Source: Octopus vulgaris (lineage: Eukaryota). From it: a DNA stretch of 64,000 nt. Location of the stretch: NCBI GenBank assembly GCA_951406725.2, contig OX597822.1, positions 23,436,001-23,500,000 on the forward strand, written 5' to 3'. Made by a program: the position numbers and the translations under genes. The notes beneath the pieces were generated by a model. It searched no databases. It saw nothing but the letters and a program-made list of their open reading frames with translations, and was not told where the DNA came from. The first letter of the stretch is position 1; the number at the start of each line of letters is the position of its first letter. This document shows, piece by piece, positions 52,470 to 64,000 of the stretch.

Positions 52470-54650
52470 AGGGTGGCCAACAGGAGGAACTGATTCCAAA
52501 TGCAGAAGAAAGTAAAGAATTTTGGGGAAGGCTGTGGAACAGGCCGGCGAGACACAAAGAAAACGCGGAGTGGCTAAGAAACTTGCAACTGTACCAAGAC
52601 AAAAAGACGTCAGAATTAATCTATATACAGTGAAATATAAGTAAAAAAAATAGCAAATTGGAAAGGACCAGGCCCAGATGGAGTACATGGCTATTGGCTG
52701 AAGAACTTTACACAGATGCATGAAAGGATCGCTGACTGCCTGCAACAATGTCATGCTCCTTCCTAGATGACAAGTGGACGAACGCTGCTATGCCTCAAGG
52801 ATTCCTTGAAAGGGAATTTGGCATCAAATTTACTATTAATGTGGAAGGTTTTGACCAGTGTCTTGGCGGAAGAGTTATACAACTATCTGGAAAGCAACAA
52901 TCTACTTTCAGAAGAACAGAAAGGGTGCAGGAAACAATGTAAGGCAACAAAAGATCACTTGGTTGATAAAATGATAATTAGAAATCGTAGACGCAGATTG
53001 ACAGGACTGAATGTAGCATAGCTAGATTACAAAAAATCATATGACATGGTACCACACAGCAGGGTAAGTAAAACAATGTGCATGTTTGGAATGGTAAAAT
53101 CATGGAGAAAATGCTTAACGAAAGTATGAACCACTGGGATACTGAATTGATCGGAGGAAAAGTGAACATCAGACTTGGAATATTCCATGGTTATGGCCAT
53201 GACACCGCTCCATATGATACTACAAAAAGTTACAATTGCTTATGATTTGGGAAAAGGAAATGATCAGATAAATCATCTTCTTTTCATGGATGATATAAAG
53301 ATTTATGCGAAAAGATTTTGAGGTATTTCTTCCAACTCGTTCTGATCCCAGTTTAAATTCCGCCGAGGTCGACTTTGCCTTTCATCCTTTCAGAGCCGAT
53401 AAAATAAATACCAGTTAAGTTCTGGGGTCGATGTAATTTGCGATAGAAAAATGCGCTATTTTGAAAATGAATCGAGGAAGATTTGAAAGAAGCCAGAGAA
53501 CTGAAATTTGAAATAGGCAAGCAATGAAAGGGGCTTAGAAAGGACAGTGGTATAAGTACTTGGGAATACCGGAAGCAGAAGAAAATGAAAAAATGGAACA
53601 AATTACCGGTAGGGAGCACACGACGAGTGTCAGAAAATTATTGCAGTCAAAACTCAATTCTAAAAGTCTTATTGAAACAATAAATTCAAGAGCAGTACCC
53701 TTAATCAGATATGGAGTTGGAATTATAGACTGGACCAGAAACAATATAAAGAAACTTGACAGAAAAAAAATCTAGGAAGTTGTTGACGATGTATGGAGCC
53801 CATCATCCGAAAGCCGATATCAACCGGCTGTACTTGATGAGAGACCCGGGTGGAAGAAGCTTAACAGCAGTAGAGAATGTGTATAGATGGAAAGAAGTCT
53901 AGTAGAGTATTCAGTGAGCAGCACAGAAAATCTACTAAATACAGTTAATAGAGAACAAGTGATGAAGTGCGTAAGAGGAGAAAATAACAAGAATGAAATA
54001 CAAAGAGAGCACGTCAGACAGATCGAAGAAAAACCTCTGCATGGCTAATTTTGGAGAGCCACTGAAGATGTATGTGGAACAAAATTCTGGGCTTGGTTAA
54101 AAAAGGGGCAATTAAAAAATTAAACAGATACAGTTCTATATTTAAGAAATGAGGAATTGTGTACATTATTTACATTATTCAAATAATTTACATTCGACGG
54201 ATATTTGTCTTCATCTTGTTTACAACAAACAAGTGTTAACAACAAAGAAGATGAGGACAAATATCCGTCGAATGTAAATAATGTAAATAATGTAAATAAA
54301 ATTAAACAGAGCCTAATTGTAGCAGCCCAAGATCAAGCGATAAAAACAAAGCTTGAAATAGGAAGAATTTGGAGCATGCGAACAGTAAAGGTCGTGCCTA
54401 TAATAACTATTGCGCTGAGAACAGTAAGCCAAGTAATAGACAAATGCCTGTTGGAAATTGAAGTAGAATGCCCAGTAAAGCTCCGACAGAAAGTTTGTCC
54501 CTTAAGGACATCAAAGATTATCAGGAGTGTTCTAAGCACTTGAAAGACTGCTGGAAACTTGTGGATACCTAAGGTTAAAGGTAACCCACTATCCACATAA
54601 TTCCTACAATGAATAAGACTGAACCTGAGCCAAACCAAAATAATAATAAC
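52470..54650 (+). mobile_element. R4/Dong-clade non-LTR retrotransposon relic
   Basis: NWKGPGPDGVHGYWLK, EEQKGCR, DYKKSYDMVPH, NHLLFMDDIKIY, YKYLG, HHPKADINRLY..GGR, LIVAAQDQAIKT, VKVVPII; ends in aataataataa; interrupted by SINE B (about 53325-53437) and an insert at 54129-54297. Confidence 0.88.
54129..54297. mobile_element. 169-bp fold-back insertion with 13-bp TSD
   Basis: TSD aaaattaaacaga at 54116-54128 and 54298-54310; inverted arms 54186-54217 and 54248-54279; homologous to 24319-24369. Confidence 0.85.
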
Positions 54651-54865
54651 AAGAGCACTCAGAGAGCGCGAACCTCCGCCAAGGCAACACCAAGGTCTTC
54701 TCAGTGATTAGCCGGAGATGATTTTTAAAATTGGAATATCTGAAATAAACTCGACTGCTCTTACAAAAGAGAATGCTAAAAATGAACCCGACCGCTCTCA
54801 AAAATTAAGTTAAAAAAATGGAAAAATAATCCAGAATCCTTGTCCGGTACCTGATCAATCCCAAT
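54648..54865. mobile_element. Helentron/HINE-like element end
   Basis: aacaagagcactcagagagcgcgaacctccgccaaggc terminus; shares aaataatccagaatccttgtccggtac with 56741-56940. Confidence 0.55.
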
Positions 54866-55247
54866 GGTAGTCATGTTTGTAATATTGTATATGTGTCGTC
54901 TGCAGTGGGAACAGGGACATTTATCTCCATGAAGGCCTTTTTTAGTCTATCCACTGATTTAGTGTCTTTACGACCATTAAGGTCTATAGTGAAACATCAG
55001 TGCGTGAAAGAAAACGGTGCCGTTAACGGAGGTTTAGCATCTTTGCGCACAACAGCGTGAATCCAAGAAGTAAAACTTCCTTCAAGGCAGTGCTAGAAAT
55101 GCAATTGTCAAGTAGGTAAGCGGTTTTAAACAGGAACGATGTATTCAAAATTGATAAAACTAAAAATTATCGAGGATAAATTGAATTATTATTGTGACTG
55201 AATACGTTAATGTTATTTAATTTCTGGACGGTTTTGCTGCGTTTGTT

Positions 55248-55318
<71 letters not shown>

Positions 55319-55321
<3 letters not shown>

Positions 55322-56535
55322 AATTATTGTATACAGTGTTCAGGTGCACTACAACTTGTCAAAAGTGCGTATAAAGTATATGCAGTAATGTACAAATATC
55401 TGGAAAGTGAACAGTGTATGAATCAGATACATGCTTGTGTGTGTATGGAGGGGAGAAAATTAGGTGTAGTGTTGGCGAATCTCAGGAAGCATGGAAGTTT
55501 TGAAGGATGCAGTGCCCGATAACTAACAACTGATGCCAGCAGTTTGTTCCATACTCCAGCAACTTTTAGCGTGAAAAAATGTTTCCGAAAGTCATGGGAG
55601 CTGTGCTGTTTTCTGACTTTGTAAACATGTCCACGGGTGTTAGACAGGTGGAGTTTGAAAAGGTGCTCAGAGTTGTTGTTTGTAAGATGGTTAATAATGT
55701 TATGGATGTTTGCCAAGTCAGCTGCCAGACGTCGGAGTTTCAATGTATCCATGCCCAGGGAAGTAAGGTGTTCAGAATACGGCAAATGCCTGACGGAGGG
55801 TATTCTCTTGGTTGCACGTCGCTGAACGGTTTCCAGACGATTGATATCCTGGGCAAGATAGGGGTTCCAGACCGGTCATGCAAATTCCAGGTGAGGCTGC
55901 ACCATAGCTATATAAAGCCTCAGATAGATAGCCGGAGAGCGGCTCACAAAGGACTTGGTAAGTGATGCCAAAATACCCTCAGCCTTCTTGGCAATTTTAG
56001 CAATGCGTTTTGTCCAACGCAAATTGTTGTCGACAATAATGCCCAGGTCAAGTTCACAAGAAGACTTTTTGAGATTAGTGTGGTGGAGGGAGTAAGTAGA
56101 CGATGGGTTTTTCCTCCCAAAATGCATGGTGGTGCATTTGTCCACAGCCAGCTTGAGTTGCCAGTCCATGATCCATTGCTGCATTGTGTCCAGGTCTGAT
56201 TGCAATAAAGATCTATAGTGTACAGGATCTGTCTTCTTTATTTCGAGGTACAGCTTGATGTCATCTGCATATTTCAGCACTGGCATTCTTTAAGTTGGCA
56301 TCTATGTCATTAACATATGCAACAAATAAAAGGGGGCCAAAAACAGATCCCTGTGGTACACCAGATGTCATCTTATAGGGTGAAGAGTACTGTTCTAGAA
56401 CTGTGACAAACTCTTTTCGGCCGATAATGAAGGACTTCAACCAATTATAGAGATCATCTCTTACACCCATTGCTGAGAGTTTCACCATAAGTCTTTTGTG
56501 TGGCACAGAATTAAAAGCCTTAGCAAAGTCTTAGC
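55319..56535 (-). mobile_element. 5'-truncated CR1-like LINE with (ATT)n tail
   Basis: DFAKAFNSVPHKRL, SGVPQGSVFGPLLF, KYADDIKLY, DLGIIVDNNL, RKHFFTLKVAGVWNKL; few frameshifts; 3' end runs into the triplet tract at 55249-55318. Confidence 0.93.
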
Positions 56536-56740
56536 AGTAGTTAGATTTCTTTATCCATCACTTTCTACTAAGATAGAGATGCGAGTAAAATTAATAATAG
56601 AGAAACAAAAATAAAACTTTGGAAATAGCAACGACACCATAACTTACGTGGAAACCATGAGCGTGCTTTCAAGGGAGATAATCAGAGAAAGACTTGAAAG
56701 GCAATGTAAGATCGTAATACTTCATGTAAAGTAAATACAA

Positions 56741-56940
56741 CAAATAATCCAGAATCCTTGTCCGGTACTGCATCGATTCCCAAATCTAATCAGTTCATGC
56801 CAGTCACGAAGTCAATCATCTCTGAAAGTTTCACCCGAATCCATCCAGCGGGTCTTGAGATACCTTGTCCACGGACAAACAAACAAATAAACAAACACTA
56901 CTGAAACTATACCTCCGCTTTCGCTAAGGCGGATGTAATA
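56741..56940. mobile_element. Helentron/HINE-like element, opposite end
   Basis: (AAAC)n then terminal hairpin acctccgct..ggcggatgt. Confidence 0.55.
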
Positions 56941-56951
56941 ATAATAATATT

Positions 56952-57165
56952 CCTTTCTACTATAGGTACAAGGCCTGAAATTTTGCAGGAAGAGACTAGT
57001 CGAGTACATCAATCCCAGTGATCAACTGGTACTTATTTCATCGACCCCGAAAGGATGAATGGCAAAGTAGATCTAGGCGGAATTTGAACTGAGAACCTAA
57101 GGATGGACAAAATGCTGTCAAGCAATTTGTCCAGTGTGCTAACGATTGTGCCACCCCGTTGCCTT
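56952..57165 (-). mobile_element. SINE family B (alternative tail)
   Basis: tcctttctactataggtacaaggcctgaaa..tcgaccccgaaaggatgaa. Confidence 0.78.
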
Positions 57166-57191
57166 AATGATAATGATAATGAGGAGGATGA

Positions 57192-57222
<31 letters not shown>

Positions 57223-57256
57223 AATAATAACAATAACAATAGCAACATCAACAGCA

Positions 57257-57600
57257 GTGGAGGTGCAATGGCCCAGTGGTTAGGGCAGCGGACTCGCGGT
57301 CGGAGGATCGCGGTTTCGATTCCCAGACCGGGCGTTGCGTGTGTTTATTGAGCAAAAACACCTAAAGCTCCACGAGGCTCCGGCAGGGGGTGGTGGCGAC
57401 CCCTGTTGTACTCTTCCTGTTTCTTCTTGTTTCTTGTCCCCGACTTCCTACGCAACCGCTGAGCCTGGACGCGCATTCATCCATCCTTCAATACTCTCGG
57501 TGTCGGGGGTCAACCTGCTTTCTCTTCTACGGATCTTACGAATAGCAAAGGACCACGTATCGGACTTCTCCCACTACAGACGAAGACAGCTTCGCTCAAC
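57257..57600 (+). mobile_element. SINE family C
   Basis: gtggaggtgcaatggcccagtggttagggcagcggactcgcgg head; CAA-rich tail. Confidence 0.88.
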
Positions 57601-58049
57601 AAACAAACAAACAAACATCAGCAGCAATAATAATTGTAATGATTTCTTTATTTGCCACTGAGAGACGGATGATACATTACGACAAAGTGTTGGGGAATTA
57701 CATAAAAACGGATGAGGAAAAACAAATTATAAGTGAAAATAAAACAATGGAATAATGATATCAATCTGTTTCCGTGTCACAAGAAACTTGGTGCTTATCT
57801 ACAAATGGAAAATAATCGGAAATAATATCTCTCCGCACCCTTCTCATCCTCTAGATTAAATGCTGAAATACGGCACGTGGTTGTCTTAGCGACGTAGAGA
57901 GCGGATATTGCTCTGCATGTCAGAAGATTCACTCGTGGACCCCACAGTGCCCCCGCTGCTTATATAGGAGAAATTTATCCTTACTCCTTTTTTCTCGTGA
58001 TATCCGAAAAAAGAAAAAGAAAAACAAAAAACAACAAACAATATGCACA

Positions 58050-59619
58050 GGTTGCCATATTACAAAATACGCCCAAGGAACCACGTTACTAATAAATTTT
58101 GCTAGAAATAGTAGATAAGCTTCCCTGTTTGTTCTCACTACTGCATGACAACCGGTGTTTAATATGCAAAGGTGGTAAAAAAATTCTATCACTTTTCACA
58201 ACTGGTTTGCGCATGATGTGTTTTCTTTGCTCAATTTCATCTCGGATCGGCCAATTCTTGTGTACATACTATTCAGCTCTTGCTCTGGAATTCCATAAGC
58301 ACAGGAAGCAGCAAAATTTAGTATAGCCAAGCTGAAGGCCAGTAAGTATGGCCACAACCTTAAAATCTGCACAAATATGCCAGGTATTGTCAGCATAATG
58401 TATGCTTGTTAGAATTGCTTTCAGATTTTCATATGATTCTTTCATGGTTGTGCTATAAGCTATGAGAACAGAAGGCAGAGTGTTACCATTGTGTAACAGA
58501 ACAGCTTTGATGCTGTCCTTGGATGCATCTATGAAAAGTCGCCAGTTGGTTTTATCATATGATATTTCCAGTTGCTCAAAAAGTTCTGTGATGTCATCCT
58601 TCATGGTGAATAATGCAAGCAAATCCTCTGTACGTTTTCTGTACAGTGTTATCTTCACTCCTTTCTCAAGAAGATTACGTTCTTGAAGCATTGATGCCAA
58701 AAACTCACTTTTCTCTTTGGTTAAATAGAGATCCCTGTACAAGTCATTTAGAGCCTCTTGAGAAAATGGTGTTGGTTAATTCTCGCTTTCTGGATCATTG
58801 GGCTCCACACATTCACCACTGGAATGTTCATCAGCACTGCTGGAACTCTGCATTTCTTGATCTGGAGGTTTGGGCACAGGTAAATTTTCTGAGTGCTCTA
58901 CTGGGCGCATTGCTGATTGCAAATTTGGGTTAAACAATGTGTTTCTTTTTCTTTGGTGTAGTACAGCCTGTAAAGTTATGGTGACAGAAATAGCAATCAT
59001 TAGAGTGATCTTTCTGCTCACACCAAACTTCATGTGAACATTTTTTCCTGTATACCAGGCACACGATGTCTTCCCACATGAGGAGTCCATGACTTATCCT
59101 GGTCTCCTAAGTAACAATTGAAGTACACCTTGTATATTTTCTTGATATGGCATGTAATACTGCCCTTTTCTTTAGCAAAAGTCAATTCCCACAGATATAA
59201 CAGAATCTGTTTGGATCATTTTTTCAGTCTTGCACTCATTGTTGAAAGCAAATAAGATCTCCTTTTCTTTAGCAAAAGTCAATTCCCACAGATATAACAG
59301 AATCTGTTTGGATCATTTTTTCAGTCTTGCACTCATTGTTGAAAGCAAATAAGATCTGAAAGATAAAAAATAATATAAAACACAAGCTTTGAATCACATT
59401 GTAGGTGTTTCTAAGATTGATCTCTAGCCCTGGGTTGAAACCCATTTTAGAATGCGGAAGAGAATTTTATTTAATAATAATGACAAAATAATAATAATGA
59501 CAATTCTGTAGAAACCATGCCTAATTCAACAAAAAGAAGGCCAGAAATGGATTTCCCATGTCATTTTGCATATAAAAATGGCCACAGATCTCCTGCACAT
59601 TTTTGAGTGTTACACAGTA
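58050..59619 (-). mobile_element. Chapaev3-like (CMC) DNA transposon 5' part with transposase pseudogene
   Basis: NDPNRFCYICG, DHSNDCYFC, RDLYLTKEKSEFLAS, WRLFIDASKDSIKAVLLHNGN, GYTKFCCFLCLW, LPPLHIK; terminus tactgtgtaac is close to the CACTG-type end. Superfamily assigned from recalled motifs. Confidence 0.8.
59164..59357. repeat. Perfect 97-bp tandem duplication
   Basis: 59164-59260 equals 59261-59357. Confidence 0.93.
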
Positions 59620-59719
59620 GATTCCTATTCATAAGGTAAGTTGTGTCGTTACAGCTATTCATGTCTCAACTTGCAAGTTTGACAAAATCATAGCACGGTT
59701 CTTAAGTAAATAGCTTTAC

Positions 59720-59873
59720 ATGGCTGTCTTGTTAAGAAGCTCGCCTTGCAATTCGTTTCGGGTTCAGTTCCACTGCGTAGCACCTTGGGCAAGTACTTTC
59801 TACTTTAGCCCCGAGCCGATCAATGGCTTGTGAGTGAATTTGATTGAAGGATACTCTGTGGAAACCTGTTGCA

Positions 59874-59906
<33 letters not shown>

Positions 59907-59979
59907 GTATATACTCATACTTACATATACATATATATATATGTATATATATATACGCATACATACACACACACACATA

Positions 59980-60026
<47 letters not shown>

Positions 60027-60240
60027 TTACATATATATGTATGTAAATGTGTGTTTTGTTTATGTGTGTTTTTGTGTTCGTACTTTTCCTCATCTCCCGC
60101 TGGACAATCGGTATTGGTTTGTTTACGTCCCATAGCTTAGCTGTTTAGCAAATGAGAGCGATGGGATAAGTAACTGACTTAAAAAAAAGGTAATTAGTAG
60201 AGGGCGAAGTTTTCCAACTAAACCCTTCAAGGTGGTGTCC
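59720..60240 (+). mobile_element. Degenerate SINE family A with long internal microsatellite
   Basis: ggttcagttccactgcgtagcaccttgggcaagt head and gtttacgtccc..aaggtggtgtccca tail. Confidence 0.72.
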
Positions 60241-60682
60241 CAAAAACTAATGCCGCCTGCGCAAAATCCTTTGATTGGGTGTGACGCCACCCCTCCTGCG
60301 CATGCGTGGAACTTTTTGCTCCCGTTGGCTGCGTCAGTTCTCAGTTGTTGCGTCAAGTATACAAACTTGTAGTGCGCACTCGTCGAATTTTCGTTTTTAC
60401 GCAAGATGCCGAATGCAGAGGGCGGTCCTATGTATGAAACAAGATAAAATATTGTCTCCAAAGGCTCTGAAGACTACCGAGCAAATACAAAGTCCCGGGC
60501 TCAAACCTGCTGTGTGGCACCTCACCTTGGGCTGATTGTCTTCTGCTATTACTTCAAGTAAATCCAAGCATTGTGAGTCAAATAGGGGATGTGGCAGCTG
60601 CTTGATGCAGAAATGCGCCCGCTAGACTCTGCTATTGATGCAGACAGACAGCCTTCACACACACACACACTCTGTAAGTGGG

Positions 60683-61030
60683 GAGCACCCCGTCGGTTAC
60701 GACGACCACGGTCCCAGCTGAGGCGATCAACGGAACAGCTAGCACGTGAAATTAACGTGCAAGTGGCTGAGCATTCCACAGACACGTGTACCCTTAACGT
60801 AGTTCTCAAGGAGATTCAGTGTGACACAGAGTGTGACACAGAGTATGACACAGAGTGTGACAAGGCGGGACCTTTGAAATACAGGTACAACTCATTTTAG
60901 CCAGCTGAGTGGACTGGGACAACGTGAAATAAAGTGTCTTGCTCAAGGATACAATGCGTCGCTGGGAATTGAACTAACGACTTTACGATCGTTAGCCGAA
61001 TGCCCTAACCACTAAGCCACGCGCCTTCAC
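60683..61030 (-). mobile_element. Near full-length SINE family D variant
   Basis: Head gtgaaggcgcgtggcttagtggttagggc; body as in 7470-7750; internal 12-bp repeat gtgtgacacaga. Confidence 0.87.
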
Positions 61031-61442
61031 ACACTCACACACGCACACACTGCGTCACGATGATACTGATAGCACTTGGGTGTTGCATTAAAACCACAAT
61101 TGTCACTGGGGTACTCAACCACACATGCTGTTATTCATTGAGTTAGGAAGTCGTTCTCACTGAACACTTATTACAAGCATCGCCGAAACAAACGGACTTC
61201 TGCATACTCCGGCACACTTTCATTTTATCCGATGTCTACTATAAAGTTTCTATTGTCTTGACTAAATCGCATTTTTGCGCATACATAAATGCACGCACAA
61301 TACATACATACATACGTACATACATACATACATACATACATACATACATACATACACACATATATACATACATACATATATACATACATAACTCAGATAA
61401 ACACAGAAGAATATTTGTATATGCATGATCATATATTTCTTC

Positions 61443-61444
<2 letters not shown>

Positions 61445-61531
<87 letters not shown>

Positions 61532-61578
61532 ATATATATATATATGTATGTATATATATATATGTATGTATATATATG

Positions 61579-61609
<31 letters not shown>

Positions 61610-61638
61610 ATGTATGTATATATATGTATATATATATA

Positions 61639-61713
<75 letters not shown>

Positions 61714-61750
61714 ATATATATATATATGTATGTATGTATATATATATATG

Positions 61751-61801
<51 letters not shown>

Positions 61802-61864
61802 TATATATTGTGTATATATATGTGTGTATATATATGTTTATATATATATATATATATATATATA

Positions 61865-61906
<42 letters not shown>

Positions 61907-61934
61907 GTATATATATAACATACATACATACATT

Positions 61935-62006
<72 letters not shown>

Positions 62007-62024
62007 TATGTGTATATATATATA
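61445..62024. repeat. About 580-bp interrupted (TA)n array (longest of many TA, CA, GA, TATC, TACA, ATT and GAT tracts)
   Basis: Direct reading. Confidence 0.95.
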
Positions 62025-62237
62025 AGTGGAGCAAGAACACACACGAAAACGAAAAGTGTCGCTGAAGTGGTCATAGATGTGTGAGGAAAGATTTCCGGAC
62101 AATGGACATGAGTTAAAGTAATAAAATAAGAAGAGTAATAAACGATTGAAGAAAAAGATATATAATGCGTGTGTTTATTTGGGCTCAAAAAAAAAAAAAA
62201 GACCGTCCCGAAATTCAACAATATATATATATAGCTT

Positions 62238-62287
62238 TGCATCGGTTGGGAACTGAACTCGAGCCGCCCGCGTGGCAGGCGAGCATT
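62238..62287 (-). pseudogene. tRNA-Gly(GCC) pseudogene, 3' two-thirds
   Basis: aatgctcgcctGCCacgcgggcggctcgagttcagttcccaaccgatgca follows the metazoan tRNA-Gly-GCC sequence with T-arm mutations; 5' part missing. Confidence 0.85.
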
Positions 62288-62470
62288 ATATGTGGGGTGT
62301 GTTCAAAAAGTATCCGACGTTAATTTTTCCCGCCAAAACTAATGCTATGTGGGCAAGAACATTTCGATGAAAAATAATGTACCCTTCCTGCGCATGTTCG
62401 AAAATAAGTCTCGTCAAATCCTGGCAATTACACTTTGAGTATAGACGTCTAGAGCACGCTCGTCCGATAT
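62288..62470 (+). mobile_element. Mariner-like 5' end fragment
   Basis: TIR-like ggggtgtgttcaaaaagtatccgac; shares aaaactaatgc and tcctgcgcatg with 60238-60410. Confidence 0.6.
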
Positions 62471-62512
62471 TTGCTTGTATACTACGCACACGCACACACA
62501 CAAACACTCGGG

Positions 62513-62583
<71 letters not shown>

Positions 62584-62782
62584 CACTGAATAGCTTATGA
62601 CGAAACCATGGTATGCTTCTGACTCTTTAATCATGTCATAATAATGACTTTTATGACTTTTATTACTACCTCAATCCATCTAAATGTATATATCTGTCGT
62701 TACCTTTCATAAAAAGCCTTTTCTTTTTTTACTTACAATGTGCATTTTCGTTGATTTTTCATACCCCCGCCCTATATATATA

Positions 62783-62843
<61 letters not shown>

Positions 62844-63231
62844 AGCTGCTGGGAGCTGGAAGGTACTTTCATCCTTTTTCATCCAATATAGAGATAAGTC
62901 CCTCTCCTCCATGTGATCGGCTTGAAACATTAACATTTTAACTTTCTTTTTCTTAACATGAAGACAGTGTTTAATACACAAATAAGGAAAATCTATCTAC
63001 CAATGCAGTGTTGAGCACTCATTCCCGTTGTTCAACATTTACATACATACATACATACATACATATATACATACATACATATATACATACATACATACAT
63101 ACATATATACATACATACATACATACATACTTACATACATATATACATACATATATACGTACATACATACATACATACATACATACATACATACATACAT
63201 ACATACATACATAACATAACATAACATATAG

Positions 63232-63416
63232 GGATAATTCACACAAAAAAAGGCGAAGACAGGTGGTGTAGACAACAAACAGATGTATTAGTATAACTCT
63301 CGGGGAGTGGAAAAAAGTCTTTAACATTTCGAGCCTACGCTCTTCCACAGAAAGGAACACAGAAAGAAACAAGGAGAGAAATAAAGAATGTGTAGTGGCT
63401 AGCGATCTATCATGGC

Positions 63417-63418
<2 letters not shown>
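63232..63418 (-). mobile_element. HHR-bearing PLE-derived repeat
   Basis: Starts cgccatgatagatcgctagc (compare 30086) and contains ctgtgga-a-gagc-gtag-gctc-gaa-atgt-t-aaaga at 63318-63355; microsatellites on both sides. Confidence 0.75.
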
Positions 63419-63448
<30 letters not shown>

Positions 63449-63451
63449 CGC

Positions 63452-63509
<58 letters not shown>

Positions 63510-63579
63510 ACACACACACATACATACATATATATATATATGTCTGTGTGTGTGTGTATATACATACATACATACATTT

Positions 63580-63624
<45 letters not shown>

Positions 63625-63666
63625 CATGTATGTATATAAATGTATCTAATAGAGAATTAAATCTAC

Positions 63667-63764
<98 letters not shown>

Positions 63765-64000
63765 CATGTACATATGGAAGATTTTTTCCTGTTTAACCTT
63801 CGCTGCAATACAGAACGGAATAAACAAATCATCAAGCTGCATATATTATGGCTAAAGAAGCGAGAGAACAAACATGCCATGATAAACAAAAGAAAGAGGT
63901 AAAGAAATAAAATCGTATTTTTGGAAAGCAATGAGCAAAATAAACAAAATAGAAACGAATGTAAAGAATAGAGAATATGTGTAGGAGGTTGATTTCTTGA

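Noticed and set aside
60238-60450. Promoter-like cluster (reverse CCAAT, tgacgcca, tgcgcatgcg, tcagtt, then ATG)
   Set aside because: Shares aaaactaatgc and tcctgcgcatg with the mariner-like 5' end at 62288-62470, so most likely a transposon 5' region; the ORF after the ATG stops within about 12 codons.

Overview
AT-rich, microsatellite-saturated eukaryotic DNA, most likely an Octopus (coleoid cephalopod) genome. That assignment is inferred from the SINE families and repeat landscape. I found no host protein-coding gene I can support, and almost all ORFs in the supplied track are translations of simple repeats. The window is a graveyard of mobile elements: four tRNA-derived SINE families; mariner/Tc1, hAT and Chapaev3-type DNA transposon relics; non-autonomous Helitrons and a Helentron-like element; CR1-type and R4/Dong-type LINE relics; a tRNA-Gly pseudogene; and Penelope-like element (PLE) pieces (GIY-YIG and RT fragments). 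The most interesting signal is a set of short, mostly microsatellite-flanked PLE-derived repeats carrying hammerhead-ribozyme (HHR) motifs. These include a perfect 294-bp inverted repeat with a well-formed HHR in each arm, a repeated non-canonical core (CUGUNGA plus an extra A), a stem-III-less variant whose predicted cleavage site matches the 5' end of another TSD-flanked insertion, and a PLE RT with twin-priming-like inversion geometry. All family names are from recalled motifs, not database searches.
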